Origin: Macrostomum lignano | Taxonomy: Eukaryota | Assembly (NCBI GenBank): GCA_002269645.1 | Contig: NIVC01002573.1 | Coordinates: 1-64,000, forward strand | DNA: 64,000 bases | Direction of reading: 5' to 3' | Shown here: one piece after another, positions 1 to 11,573 of the stretch | Position numbering within the stretch: position 1 is the first letter of the stretch | Layout of the letters: the number at the start of each line of letters is the position of its first letter | The notes under the pieces: model-generated | Told to the model about the DNA's origin: nothing | Seen by the model: the letters and a program-made list of their open reading frames with translations, nothing else | Databases searched by the model: none | Made by a program: the position numbers and the translations under genes

Positions 1-1
1 C

Positions 2-117
2 AGCGCTGAGCAGGTGGACCGGCTGCACCGCCTGTACATGGAGCGGCTGGCCGACCTGTTCGACGAGTTCAAGGCTGAGCACGGGGTGAAGGAAGACGTC
101 GGCTTGAGTTCGTCTGA
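2..117 (+). CDS. C-terminal fragment of a DGAT2/MOGAT-family acyltransferase (gene starts before the window)
   Basis: Frame from nt 2 reads SAEQVDRLHRLYMERLADLFDEFKAEHGVKEDV, matching the DGAT2/MOGAT C-terminal helix pattern (vDrlHxxYxxxLxxLFexhK). A family-like end LEFV* (ctt gag ttc gtc tga, 103-117) lies one base out of frame; uncorrected, the frame stops at 158-160. Confidence 0.7.
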
Positions 118-517
118 CCGGGAGTGCGGCTCGTGCATTCATTCTGCGGCTCGCTATTGAAAGTTGAATAGCCGGGAAACTTTCTTAGATTTTTCTACTG
201 ACTACTTGTAGTGAGTAGCTAGTTAGTAAATATTCTGTCACCAATGTGATTGGGACCTATCTAGTATAAAATTCTAATTAAAATTTAGGCGCTCTATTAA
301 TTAGCTGAATCGAGTGCATGTACACAGTGAAGATTTTTATAGTTCATTGGTCTACTGAAGGCGAATATCTTGCACTTTTTAACTTTTGTGTTGACCGCGC
401 TTTCTTGACTCTTCATTAATAAAAGTACATGCAATCAAATGCAGCAATTTATCGCAATGAACTGGCCCTGCTGGCCGTGTCTGAGCGGTATGTCTGCGGT
501 ACCGAATGTACCTGGTA

Positions 518-1305
<788 letters not shown>

Positions 1306-1599
1306 CTTGATGAATTTTGAAAGATGACGAATTGTAAACGAGATGTTTTGAAAAGGTGAATTGGAACCGTTGAGACTTGTTTTTGTTGCTACTGTTGCGG
1401 ATACTTCGTTGATTGTTGATAATAATTAAGATTTACCACGCTGCAGTTAGCTCGTCTTACAGTACTTCATGCATAGTGTTATGTATTACACATAGGCTCC
1501 GATACTACTTGTCGGATTTTGGTTACAAGCAGTAGTGCGCTGCGGACTTGACCGTATTTATTAGTGCAAATAGATAATCCAGCTCATGGCTGCGGGCCA

Positions 1600-1812
1600 G
1601 AGGAGAGGAGAATGAGAGGAAAGATGAGAGAAGAGAGGAGAGAGGGTGAAAAGAGATGGTAGAGGAGAGAGAGGAGGGGAGAAAAGAGAACAGAGAGTAA
1701 AGGGAAGAAAGAGCAGAGAGAAGAGTGGAGAGAAAAGATCAGAGAACAGGGAAGAAGAGGGTAAGAAAGTAGAGGGGAGAGAAAAGCAAGAAGAGGGAAG
1801 AAATCAGAGAAG
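1600..1812. repeat. GA-rich polypurine low-complexity tract
   Basis: Almost entirely A/G (gagagaagagaggag...). Confidence 0.75.
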
Positions 1813-3747
1813 ACAAACATCGAACGGGTCGGATTGCTATTGTGAAGTTTCAAAGGGCCACAAGGGGAGTACAGCTGGGGGCTTGGCAGGACGCATGTTT
1901 GCCCAATGGCCCCAGCTGCAGTGTTCATATGCGATGCGGGATAAGGTTGGACACGCGTCTCAGCTTCATTCTATTCTCAGAGTATTACAGAAACCAGCTG
2001 CTGAGCAATGGGATAGCTTTCCTAGATCTGTCTGTGAGCTTCTTGCATTGTTTACGGCAGTAAACAACAAACGACGCACGCAGCCCTGAGAAGTAGAGTC
2101 ATGCGGTCAGCGGCGCTAAAATGAGTGCCAAAAATTAGTCATGTACATGTTGAATTCTTGGCTTTGTCCCCCACCATAAAATCCATGGCGACGGCCTTGG
2201 CAGCAGGACGTCCTGTGGCTGAATCGCACCAGTAATTGGCACATTTGGAAAATGCCATTTAGATATTATAAAGATAAGCGAGAAGATAGCAAATAATCAA
2301 GCGTAACAAACACCCCTTAGCGAGAAGCGACTCTAGCAACTGAAATAAGAGTGTTGCGCAAGTTGCGTCACTGGCGGTTTGAAGTGACTGAAACCCTCGC
2401 TAAGGGCGCAAATTCTAGCCAAGAAGCCCAAGCCTTAAGATAGATATCACGGTTCGATCGAAATGTGCTCGATGGGGTGAGTCAGTGCGTGGGTAGAGAA
2501 GCCTTTTCTTTTGGAGCAGGAAAATGCGTCAGTTTTTCTCTATCAGTCAGTCTGTATGAACAGGGAGGGTCATTTTGACCAAAACTTGCGATCTTTTGGG
2601 TTTCGGGCTGGGTTTCACGCCTTGTCTAGCATGGCCTACAGTGTCTACACATCGGTGCGCCCTTCTTGCACAACCGCTCTGTTCAATTTCGTCAGCAAAG
2701 ATTATCACGCCTGGGTCGGGAGAGAAAGGGAGACAGGGACAGGCCCAAGACAGGCGGGTTGGGTGTACACAGAATGGCACTAAAAATAGCTCGGGTGTAC
2801 ACTACAGCCAGATTGGACAATTGGGGTTGGCTTTGGGACTTTAAACACTGAATCAACTGATTGTGACGCGCTGCTAAAAATAGCCGCGAGCCGCCAGGGC
2901 ATAAAACTGGCCGCCACGGCGCGCTCAGAGGCCTCCAAGCGGAGAGCGCAGGCCAGTTGGATCTGCTTTCACAAGTCGGCTGACACCATGACCGACTGGA
3001 AGTGGGTCCTGTCGAGGAATAAGCGGGACCCCTGTTGCCGCAGCACGCTTACTTCGTCAATGCCGCGGCTTTCAAGTCCGCGGCGTCGCCAATTCTCCAT
3101 CTGAAGCCTCTCGCTTCGGTTCCGGAGGGCGCCAACGCTCGGACACCAGCGACCCCGCAATCACACCGTCCGGTGTGCTCAGGGGTGTCCAGTTGGCCGC
3201 TCTCTGGGACCACAGCTGGTCTCGCAGTCCACGCAGCTCCCAGCAGGTGTCTTGGGCTGTGCAAATCCGAATGCAGCTCGGGACTCTGTGAACTGGGACT
3301 GAGGACGCGCCAGCTGTGGAAGCAGACTGATCGACTGCTGCCTCCGGGGCCGAGCGAGACTCCCCTGCGCGCTGCTGTGGCATCAGGGGTTTCGCTTGCT
3401 TCTCGACAGGACTTGTGTCTTAGTTTTGTTAGAGCAGCTCTGTGGTTACCTGTGACACTCTCGCGCCAAATAAGTGCGTTTCCGTGCGAGGGCCGATCCC
3501 GAAGGCCAACGCACGTTGTGTACATGCACCCTGTGCGAGCGCGTTTGTACTGAGTCATGCATGCTTGTACAGTTTCTTGCAGTCTACGAAATTCGACTTT
3601 TTATCCTGAATCCTCAGATTGTAATCCTAACCCGACATCTAGCCCTAACCTAAACCGTAATTCCTAATAAGGGGTTTTAATATCTCCACAATCTCAGGCC
3701 CCCGAAAATGTCGGAAAATATGTAGCATCGGATATAGGAAGCGTCTG

Positions 3748-5162
3748 GGATATGAAGTGTCGGGGATATGAAGTGTCGGGGGATATGAAGTGTCGGGGAT
3801 ATGAAGTGTCTAGGATATGAAGTGTCGGGGATATGAAGTGTCGGGGATATGAATTGTCGGGGATATGAAGTGTCGGGGATATGAATTGTCGGGGATATGA
3901 AGTGTCGGGGATATGAATTGTCGGGGATATGAAGTGTCGGGGATATGAAGTGTCTAGGATATGAAGTGTCGGGGATATGAAGTGTCGGGGATATGAATTG
4001 TCGGGGATATGAAGTGTCGGGGATATGAAGTGTCTAGGATATGAAGTGTCGGGGATATGAAGTGTCTAGGATATGAAGTGTCTAGGATATGAAGTGTCGG
4101 GGATATGAATTGTCGGGGATATGAAGTGTCGGGGATATGAAGTGTCGGGGATATGAATTGTCGGGGATATGAAGTGTCGGGGATATGAAGTGTCGGGGAT
4201 ATGAAGTGTCGGAGATATGAAGTGTCGGGGATATGAAGTGTCGGAGATATGAAGTGTCGGGGATATGAAGTGTCGGGGATATGAAGTGTCGGGATATGAA
4301 GTGTCGGGGATATGAAGTGTCGGGGATATGAAGTGTCGGGGATATGAAGTGTCGGGGATATGAAGTGTCGGGGATATGAAGTGTCTAGGATATGAAGTGT
4401 CGGGGATATGAAGTGTCTAGGATATGAAGTGTCGGGGATATGAAGTGTCGGGGATATGAAGTGTCGGGGATATGAAGTGTCGGGGATATGAAGTGTCGGG
4501 GATATGAAGTGTCGGGGATATGAAGTGTCTAGGATATGAAGTGTCGGGGATATGAAGTGTCGGGGATATGAAGTGTCTAGGATATGAAGTGTCGGGGATA
4601 TGAAGTGTCTAGGATATGAAGTGTCGGGGATATGAAGTGTCGGGGATATGAAGTGTCGGGGATATGAAGTGTCGGGGATATGAAGTGTCTAGGATATGAA
4701 GTGTCGGGGATATGAAGTGTCTAGGATATGAAGTGTCGGGGATATGAAGTGTCGGGGATATGAAGTGTCGGGGATATGAAGTGTCGGGGATATGAAGTGT
4801 CGGGGATATGAAGTGTCGGGGATATGAAGTGTCTAGGATATGAAGTGTCGGGGATATGAAGTGTCGGGGATATGAAGTGTCTAGGATATGAAGTGTCGGG
4901 GATATGAAGTGTCGGGGATATGAAGTGTCGGGGATATGAAGTGTCGGGGATATGAAGTGTCGGGGATATGAAGTGTCTAGGATATGAAGTGTCGGGGATA
5001 TGAAGTGTCGGGGATATGAAGTGTCTAGGATATGAAGTGTCGGGATATGAAGTGTCTAGGATATGAAGTGTCGGGGATATGAAGTGTCGGGGATATGAAG
5101 TGTCGGGGATATGAAGTGTCGGGGATATGAAGTGTCGGGGATATGAAGTGTCGGGGATATGA
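3748..5162. repeat. 16-bp minisatellite (TATGAAGTGTCGGGGA, variant TATGAAGTGTCTAGGA)
   Basis: Direct tandem periodicity; the 16-aa period in ORF 4721..5221 equals 3 x 16 bp. Confidence 0.97.
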
Positions 5163-6024
5163 AAGAGGTGCAGTCGAAGATGCATGTAAAAGAACCCCGT
5201 TTCTAAACCCTGCTTATCCAAAACCCTAATCCAACTGCTTGAACGATTTCCTTATGTAATATCCTCTGTAGTTTGCTCAAGAAAGCGGATATTAAAAACA
5301 AAATTCTGCTCACTGAAACTGTTTTAGCTAACGAAGAGTATCCTTTTCAAGCCGAAATATAAAAATCAGAGATATTATCATAACGCGTCTATTTTATTTA
5401 GCTCAAATTTATTAGGAAAGCACAAATAAGTATTACATTTTGATTAAACTAGCTATTTCTATTGCTTGAGCGACCGGCCGATGATAGGCAATAAATTCTA
5501 GCTTTAATATAATATTATTAATCAGTAAAAGTGGGGAAAAGACACAAAAAGTATTCTGTAAGAAATTCAAAGGAGAGGCGATAAGGTAAAAACAGGAGTT
5601 TGCAGTGTGTGATAAACTGTTAGCAAAAAGCAATTAGGAAAACTAATTTGACAGTTAATTAGGAACACGGGGAGTCCGGATGTACTTTTAAGAGCTGTGC
5701 AATGAAATAGAAATTGAGTAAGGCGGCTGGGCTCAGTAAATCAGAAAATTGTCTTATTTAGCACAGGTAATTAAGTAAAACTATGGAATTATTTGATTTT
5801 CAATTCATCCTAGCAGCTGGCAGGCGCTGCGTGTTTTGTGACGCATTAATAAATAAAAATCAATAGTGCAAGCAAAATTTGCTTCGCAACTACTTACAGT
5901 ACGAGCTGTGGCCATTTCATCTGGCGTGTGCGAGCTGCGAGCTAAAGGAAAAATTCACCAGACTTTACTAACAGTAGGTACAGTAGGAATATCCAGCATT
6001 GTCCTGAGCTGCAGGCTTGTAGGG

Positions 6025-6275
6025 GCCATAATAATAATAGCAATTAATTACACCTGTGCTAATGGCCAGATGTGCAACCGACAGCTTATCCAAGGACGGG
6101 GGGGTCGCCACACTCACCCTCAATTACCCCAGCTAATGCTTGCAGCCATTTTACAGCTGGGTGAGCTGAAGCAATGCAGAGTTAAGTGTCTTGCTCAAGG
6201 ACACAAATTGTTCCGAGTGGAGCCGAGAATCGAACCCTCGACCTTTCAGTCGTGAGTGCGACACTCTGAACACAG
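6025..6275 (-). mobile_element. tRNA-derived SINE with a CORE-like central domain
   Basis: Minus strand has a B box GGTTCGATTCT (6226-6236) followed by TGTGTCCTTGAGCAAGACACTTAAC...CAGCTGTAAAATGG, resembling the MIR/CORE consensus TGTGACCTTGGGCAAGTCACTTAAC...CTGTAAAATGG. The 5' end looks truncated. Confidence 0.65.
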
Positions 6276-6293
6276 GCGGAACAGTGTACAAGA

Positions 6294-6580
6294 GGGGGCC
6301 GGAGCCCTGTGGTCAGCGTCCCAAGCTCGATTCCAAGTGCAGTCGCATTTATTTGAGGCTAAATTGGAATCTCAGCTTGGCTCTGCTCGTGCAACTAACG
6401 CCCAAGGCCTAACCATAAATACATTCAGGGCCGCTGTGCACCCTTGTGTGGGCCTGTGCCTGTGCGTGTGACTGCGAACGTATCCGCGCGCTTGTGTGCC
6501 TGCTCAGGGGGGGGGCAGTAATGCCTCTCGCCGGTTGTGTGACAATGTCGCTTAAAGTGCGCCAGGGTTCCACATAGCCA
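6294..6580 (+). mobile_element. tRNA-derived SINE, family 2, degenerate copy
   Basis: Reverse-complement homolog of 35275-35636 (shared GCTCGATTCCAAGTGCAGTC, TTGGCTCTGCTCGTGCAA, CAGTAATGCCTCTCGCCGGTTGTGTG). Confidence 0.8.
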
Positions 6581-7049
6581 CAAACAGTGCAAAACAAACT
6601 CGAACTCAGAGAAAAGCAAGTAAACACAGTGCAAAAGCAAAGTCATTAAGCGGTTAATAAGTCCAAGGCGAGAAAAGTAAGCTTGCTTTTAAACAGGTAC
6701 ACAGAAGCTGCAGAAAGGGTGGATTTGCCTTAGCAAAGAAAAGTCAATCACAGCAAGTTTTGTCCATCCAGTGTGTCACAGTTTGTCTGTTATGACAAAA
6801 AGTCAAATTGATAGAAATAAACCGGAGCCAAAATGCTCGCCGACAGGACAGCTGAGTGCTGCGCGCAAAAAATGAGTTCAACTGTAAACGCTTCGGCAAA
6901 GATCGGGAATCCCGTTCGCAGACGAATAACACTTACTATCGGAACCGAAGCGCCAGCAGTGCATTACTAAGCTGGTTATACAATAAACAGTGCCGAGTAT
7001 GGACAAACCGACAGCTTAAGCACCGTTATAGAATAGAGAAGTTTAGAGT

Positions 7050-7478
7050 TTGCCGGGGAGCGAGTGTACATTGGGGTGGTTGGAGCGGAGAGGGCTTGAG
7101 GTGGACAGGGAGCGAGTGTACATTGGGGTGGTTGGAGCGGAGAGAGCAGGAGCTGGGCGGGGAGCGAGTGTACATTGGGGTGGTTGGAGCGGAGAGAGCA
7201 GGAGCTGGGCGGGGAGCGAGTGTACATTGGGGTGGTTGGAGCGGAGGGCAGGAGCTGGGCGGGGAGCGAGTGTACATTGGGGTGGTTGGAGCGGAGGGCA
7301 GGAGCTGGGCGGGGAGCGAGTGTACATTGGGGTGGTTGGAGCGGAGAGAGCAGGAGCTGGGCTGGGAGCGAGTGTACATTGGGGTGATTGGCAGAAGGGC
7401 AGGAGCTGGGGGGAGTGTACATTGGGGTGGTTGGAGCGGAGAGGGCAGGAGCCGGGGGGGGAGCGAGTTTACATTGGT
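7050..7478. repeat. About 49-52-bp minisatellite (GGGAGCGAGTGTACATTGGGGTGGTTGGAGCGG...)
   Basis: Direct tandem periodicity just downstream of the SPT stop codon. Confidence 0.9.
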
Positions 7479-7715
7479 AGGCCAGAGTGTGCCAGACTAT
7501 CAAGTACGCCATGGACTCTAACTGCTTCCTATGCAGTTAAATTACGAGTTTTAAACTACGAGCGTAGTACATACGAATAATAAATTTGCGGTGAACCTAA
7601 TTGTAAAAAGCAAGCACGATAAGTACTAAAGGTCCAAAAGCAGGCTGTAAAAGTCATGTCTATAGATAAGCGTCTGTTTGTGAACAGAGAGAAAATCTCC
7701 ACCCAGTCGGGCCCG

Positions 7716-10700
7716 TCAGGAAGCGGCAGCCACGGCGGCCAGGTTGTCCTTCACTGCGGCGTCGTTTTCGTCGGCGACCTTATCTGGCGGGTCGCCACGG
7801 CATTCGACGGGACGACGGGGGACGGGGCCACCGTTGGCGGCCCCATGCGGCCGCCGCTGCTGGTCAACAAGCTTCAGCTGGGCCTCCGCCCACTCCCTGG
7901 TGATGCCGGCAGTCCAAGCTGGAGGCGGCCGCCTGCTGTACTTCATCAACAGCAGGCTGGTGACCTCATCGATAATCTGCACGCTGCGATCGATGATGTC
8001 GAGGCTGTGCGCGGCGGACAGGCAGAATCGAGCCCGGGACTCGATGATAGGCGTGGCCGGGTAGCCGACAACCACCGTGCCGAGGCCGCGCTTCAGCGTC
8101 TCCCGGCCGAAGGCGGCGATCTTGCCGGGCATGAAGATCATCACGGGCACCACCGGGCTGGTTCTGGGGCGGGCGGGAGTCAGCAGCTTTATATACTGCA
8201 TAGAATAGTATTTTTAGCATATGGATTGCTGAATTGCCCGTGCTTCCCATGAGTAGGCAAATACTGTGCCTGTCTAATGTACTGTACCTGACTAATAATA
8301 CTGTGCCTGACTAATAATACTGTACCTGTCCAATACCTGACTAATAATACTGTACCTGACTAATACCTGACTAATAATACTGTGCCTGACTAATACCTGA
8401 CTAATAATACTGTGCCTGTCCAATACCTGACTAATAATACTGTACCTGACTAATACCTGACTAATAATACTGTACCTGTCCAATACCTGACTAATAATAC
8501 TGTACCTGACTAATACCTGACTAATAATACTGTGCCTGACTAATACCTGACTAATAATACTGTGCCTGTCCAATACCTGACTAATAATACTGTACCTGAC
8601 TAATACCTGACTAATAATACTGTGCCTGACTAATACCTGACTAATAATACTGTGCCTGTCCAATACCTGACTAATAATACTGTACCTGACTAGAAATTTT
8701 GAAATTATTAAGCAAATTTATAAGAGAGCTCGAACTCGCGACCGCCTACCCACCTGTGGCCATAGACAATAACGCCAAGCCGGTGCAGAGAGGCCCGGAA
8801 GTACTGCGTATTGACCTCCAGCTGCTTGAGCCGCCTGGCGCCCTCTCCGGGTGGGCCGGCCCGGCCCATCAACATCTGGAAGGCGGTGACCACCTGGGCG
8901 GCCACAGGGGCTGGCAGGGAGGCTCCGTAGAGGCCGCTGTGACTGCGCTGGCGCAGCAGCGCAACGAGGTGCTGGCTTCCGGCGATGTAACCGCCAGCTC
9001 CGCCGAAGCTCTTCGTGAAGGTGCCCATCAGGACGTCGACGTCTCTGGGATCGCAGCCGAAATAGTCCACTACGCCTCGGCCGTGAGGCCCCATGGCCCC
9101 GATGGAGTGCGCCTCGTCCAGGTACAAGTACGCTTTGTACTTCTTCTTCAAGGCGATTAGTTCCGGCAGCCGGGTGACACTGCCCTCCATGCTGTAGACG
9201 CCCTCCACCTGGGTTGGGAGGAACGGGAGCGACTGGCTTTTAAGTTCAACTGTACCGGTGTACCCTTACTCTGCACCGAAGTGGGCTCATGGGTTATCTA
9301 GACTGGACATCTGGGAACCGGAAGTGGGCTCATGGGTCATTCAGACTGGACATCTCACATCTGGAAACCGGAAGTCGGCCCATGGGTCATCCGGACTGGA
9401 CATCTGGAAACCGGAAGTGGGCCCATGGGTCATCTAGACTGGACATCTGGGAACCGGAAGTGGGCCCATGGGTCATCTAGACTGGACATCTGGGAACCGG
9501 AAGTGGGCTCATGGGTCATTCAGACTGGACATCTCACATCTGGAAACCGGAAGTCGGCCCATGGGTCATCCGGACTGGACATCTGGAAACCGGAAGTGGG
9601 CCCATGGGTCATCTAGACTGGACATCTGGGAACCGAAAGTGGGCTCATGGGTCATCCACACTGGACATCTAGGAACCAGAAGTGGACTCATGGGTCATCC
9701 CCAATGGACACATGGAAACCGGAAGTAGGCTCATGGGTCATCTAGACTGGACATCTGGGAACCGGAAATGGGCTCATGGGTCATCCACACTGGACATCTG
9801 GGAACCGGAAGTGGCCTCATGGGTCATCCACACTGGACATCCGGGAACCGGAATTGGGCTCATGGGTCATCCACACTGGACATCTGGGAACCGGAATTGG
9901 GCTCATGGGTCATCCACACTGGACATCCGGGAACCGGAATTGGGCTCATGGGTCATCCACACTGGACATCTGGGAACCGGAAGTGGGCTCATGGGTAATC
10001 CACACTGGACATCTGGGAACCGAACACAGAATATTCTGTGGAACCGAAATTGGGCTCGTAGGTCATCCAGAACCATAGACAACAGGAATTGAGCTGGGTG
10101 AGACGAAGACTACCCAAAAGCTCACCACAATAAGAATCTTTTTAAACGGTCGCCTAGTCCTATCCTGGCCATAGACAATGGCGTCCCTCAGCTTGGCCTC
10201 CACATCGGCTATGTCGTTATGCCTGAACACTTTGATCTTAGCGCCAGTGAGGCGGGCACCCAGCACCAGAGAGCTATGGTTGAGCTCGTCGGAGAGCACG
10301 CAGCAGCCTTTGCCAATGAGGGCTGGCATGTTCAAGGCGTTAGTGGCGAATCCCATCGGGAAGATGATGGCGTCCTCGGCGCCGACAAACTCGGCCACAG
10401 TGGCTTCGAGCCGGGTGTGCAGGTCCAGGTTGCCGGCCTCTGCGCGCGGGCTGCCGACTCCGCAGCCGAACGTCTCGGTGGCAGCGGCCGCGGCGTCGGC
10501 GCAGGGGCCGTCGGTCTCGGCGAAGCCCAGATAATTATAGCTGCCGAAGTTGATGGCCCGCGTGTGCGTGCCCGGGTACTCGAAGCTCCAGCCGTGGTCG
10601 GGGCTTTTCCGGTCGATCAGCTCAAACTCGGCGCCCGGGCAGGTGCGGATCGGCCGGTTCCAGCAGTCCCGGATTCGCCGGTACAAATTGCGGGTGTAGA

Positions 10701-11573
10701 AGGACTCGAAGTTTTGGTAGAGCGGCACGAAGTCCTGAGGGATCGGGAGTGAAGGCTGCGATTTGAATTTCTTTTCTGGGGTCTTCTGATCGTTCGCTTT
10801 TACAAGCTTAAAACTTCATAAGGCCCCAGTGACTGAGATCCGCTCTCCAGTGTCTGAGATCCCCTCTCCCAGTGTCTGAGATCCCCTCTCCCAGTGTCTG
10901 AGATCCCCTCTCCCAGTGTTTGAGATCCCCTCTCCTAGTGTCTTAGACTCCCTCCCAGTTTCTGAGATCTCGTCTCCCAGTGTGAATATCCCCCCTCCCA
11001 GTTTCTGAGATCTCCTCTCCCAGTGTCTGAGATCCCCTCTCCCAGTGTCTGAGATCCCCTCTCCCAGTGTCTGAGATCCCCTCTCCTAGTGTCTTAGACT
11101 CCCTCCCAGTTCTGAGATCCCCCCTCCCAGTCCCAGTGTCTGAGATCTCCCCTCTCAGAGTCTGAGATCCCCACTCCCAGTGTCTGAGATCCAAATACTC
11201 GGTCTCAGGCAAAGACTCTCAGACGGTTTAGATCCATCGAATTTTACTCAAATTCTTATTGACACAAAAAAGTTCATTTGTGTCAAACATCAATTTGCTG
11301 TTTACTAGAGCTACATAGGGTTGAAACTATGAGTAATTTGGAGCAAGATAAACGACGCACTACAATGTCAGAGATAGCAGCTTATCAAACAAAATCTACT
11401 GCGCACACCTTAGTCCTGGCCGGCTCAGTGGCAATCAGGTTCTTCTCGAAGCCATGGTTTCTTAGAAAATCGCGCATGTGGCCAAACACGGCCAACATGA
11501 CGTAGCCAATGTAGGTGATGATGGCCACAACATAGGGTGTGGGTTCAAATTGCTCTTCGTGCTCTACTGACAT
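7716..11573 (-). CDS. SPTLC2: Serine palmitoyltransferase catalytic subunit (LCB2), 4 exons: complement(join(7716..8163,8754..9208,10126..10734,11409..11573))
   Basis: Motifs [63 protein letters not shown]-lysine GTFTKSFG and [20 protein letters not shown]. All three introns are GT-AG and join in frame. The exon 1 frame is open upstream to an acceptor near 11637, so the start may be further 5'. Confidence 0.93.
8270..8692. repeat. 30-bp minisatellite in SPTLC2 intron 3
   Basis: Tandem CCTGACTAATAATACTGT(A/G)CCTG(AC/TC)(T/C)AATA units; 10-aa period in ORF 8292..8663. Confidence 0.92.
9280..10030. repeat. About 43-bp minisatellite (with 51-bp variants) in SPTLC2 intron 2
   Basis: Tandem GGTCATCTAGACTGGACATCTGGGAACCGGAAGTGGGCCCATG units. 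Confidence 0.92.
10826..11195. repeat. 22-bp minisatellite in SPTLC2 intron 1
   Basis: Tandem GTGTCTGAGATCCCCTCTCCCA units. Confidence 0.9.

Noticed and set aside
3748-5162. CRISPR-like appearance of regular arrays here and at 15308, 18490, 30850, 33725, 34770
   Set aside because: Units are directly adjacent with no unique spacers, there are no cas genes, and the context is eukaryotic.
6190-6275. tRNA gene
   Set aside because: A B box is present but no full cloverleaf, and it runs into a CORE-like body, so it is a SINE head. The same applies to 35570-35636.
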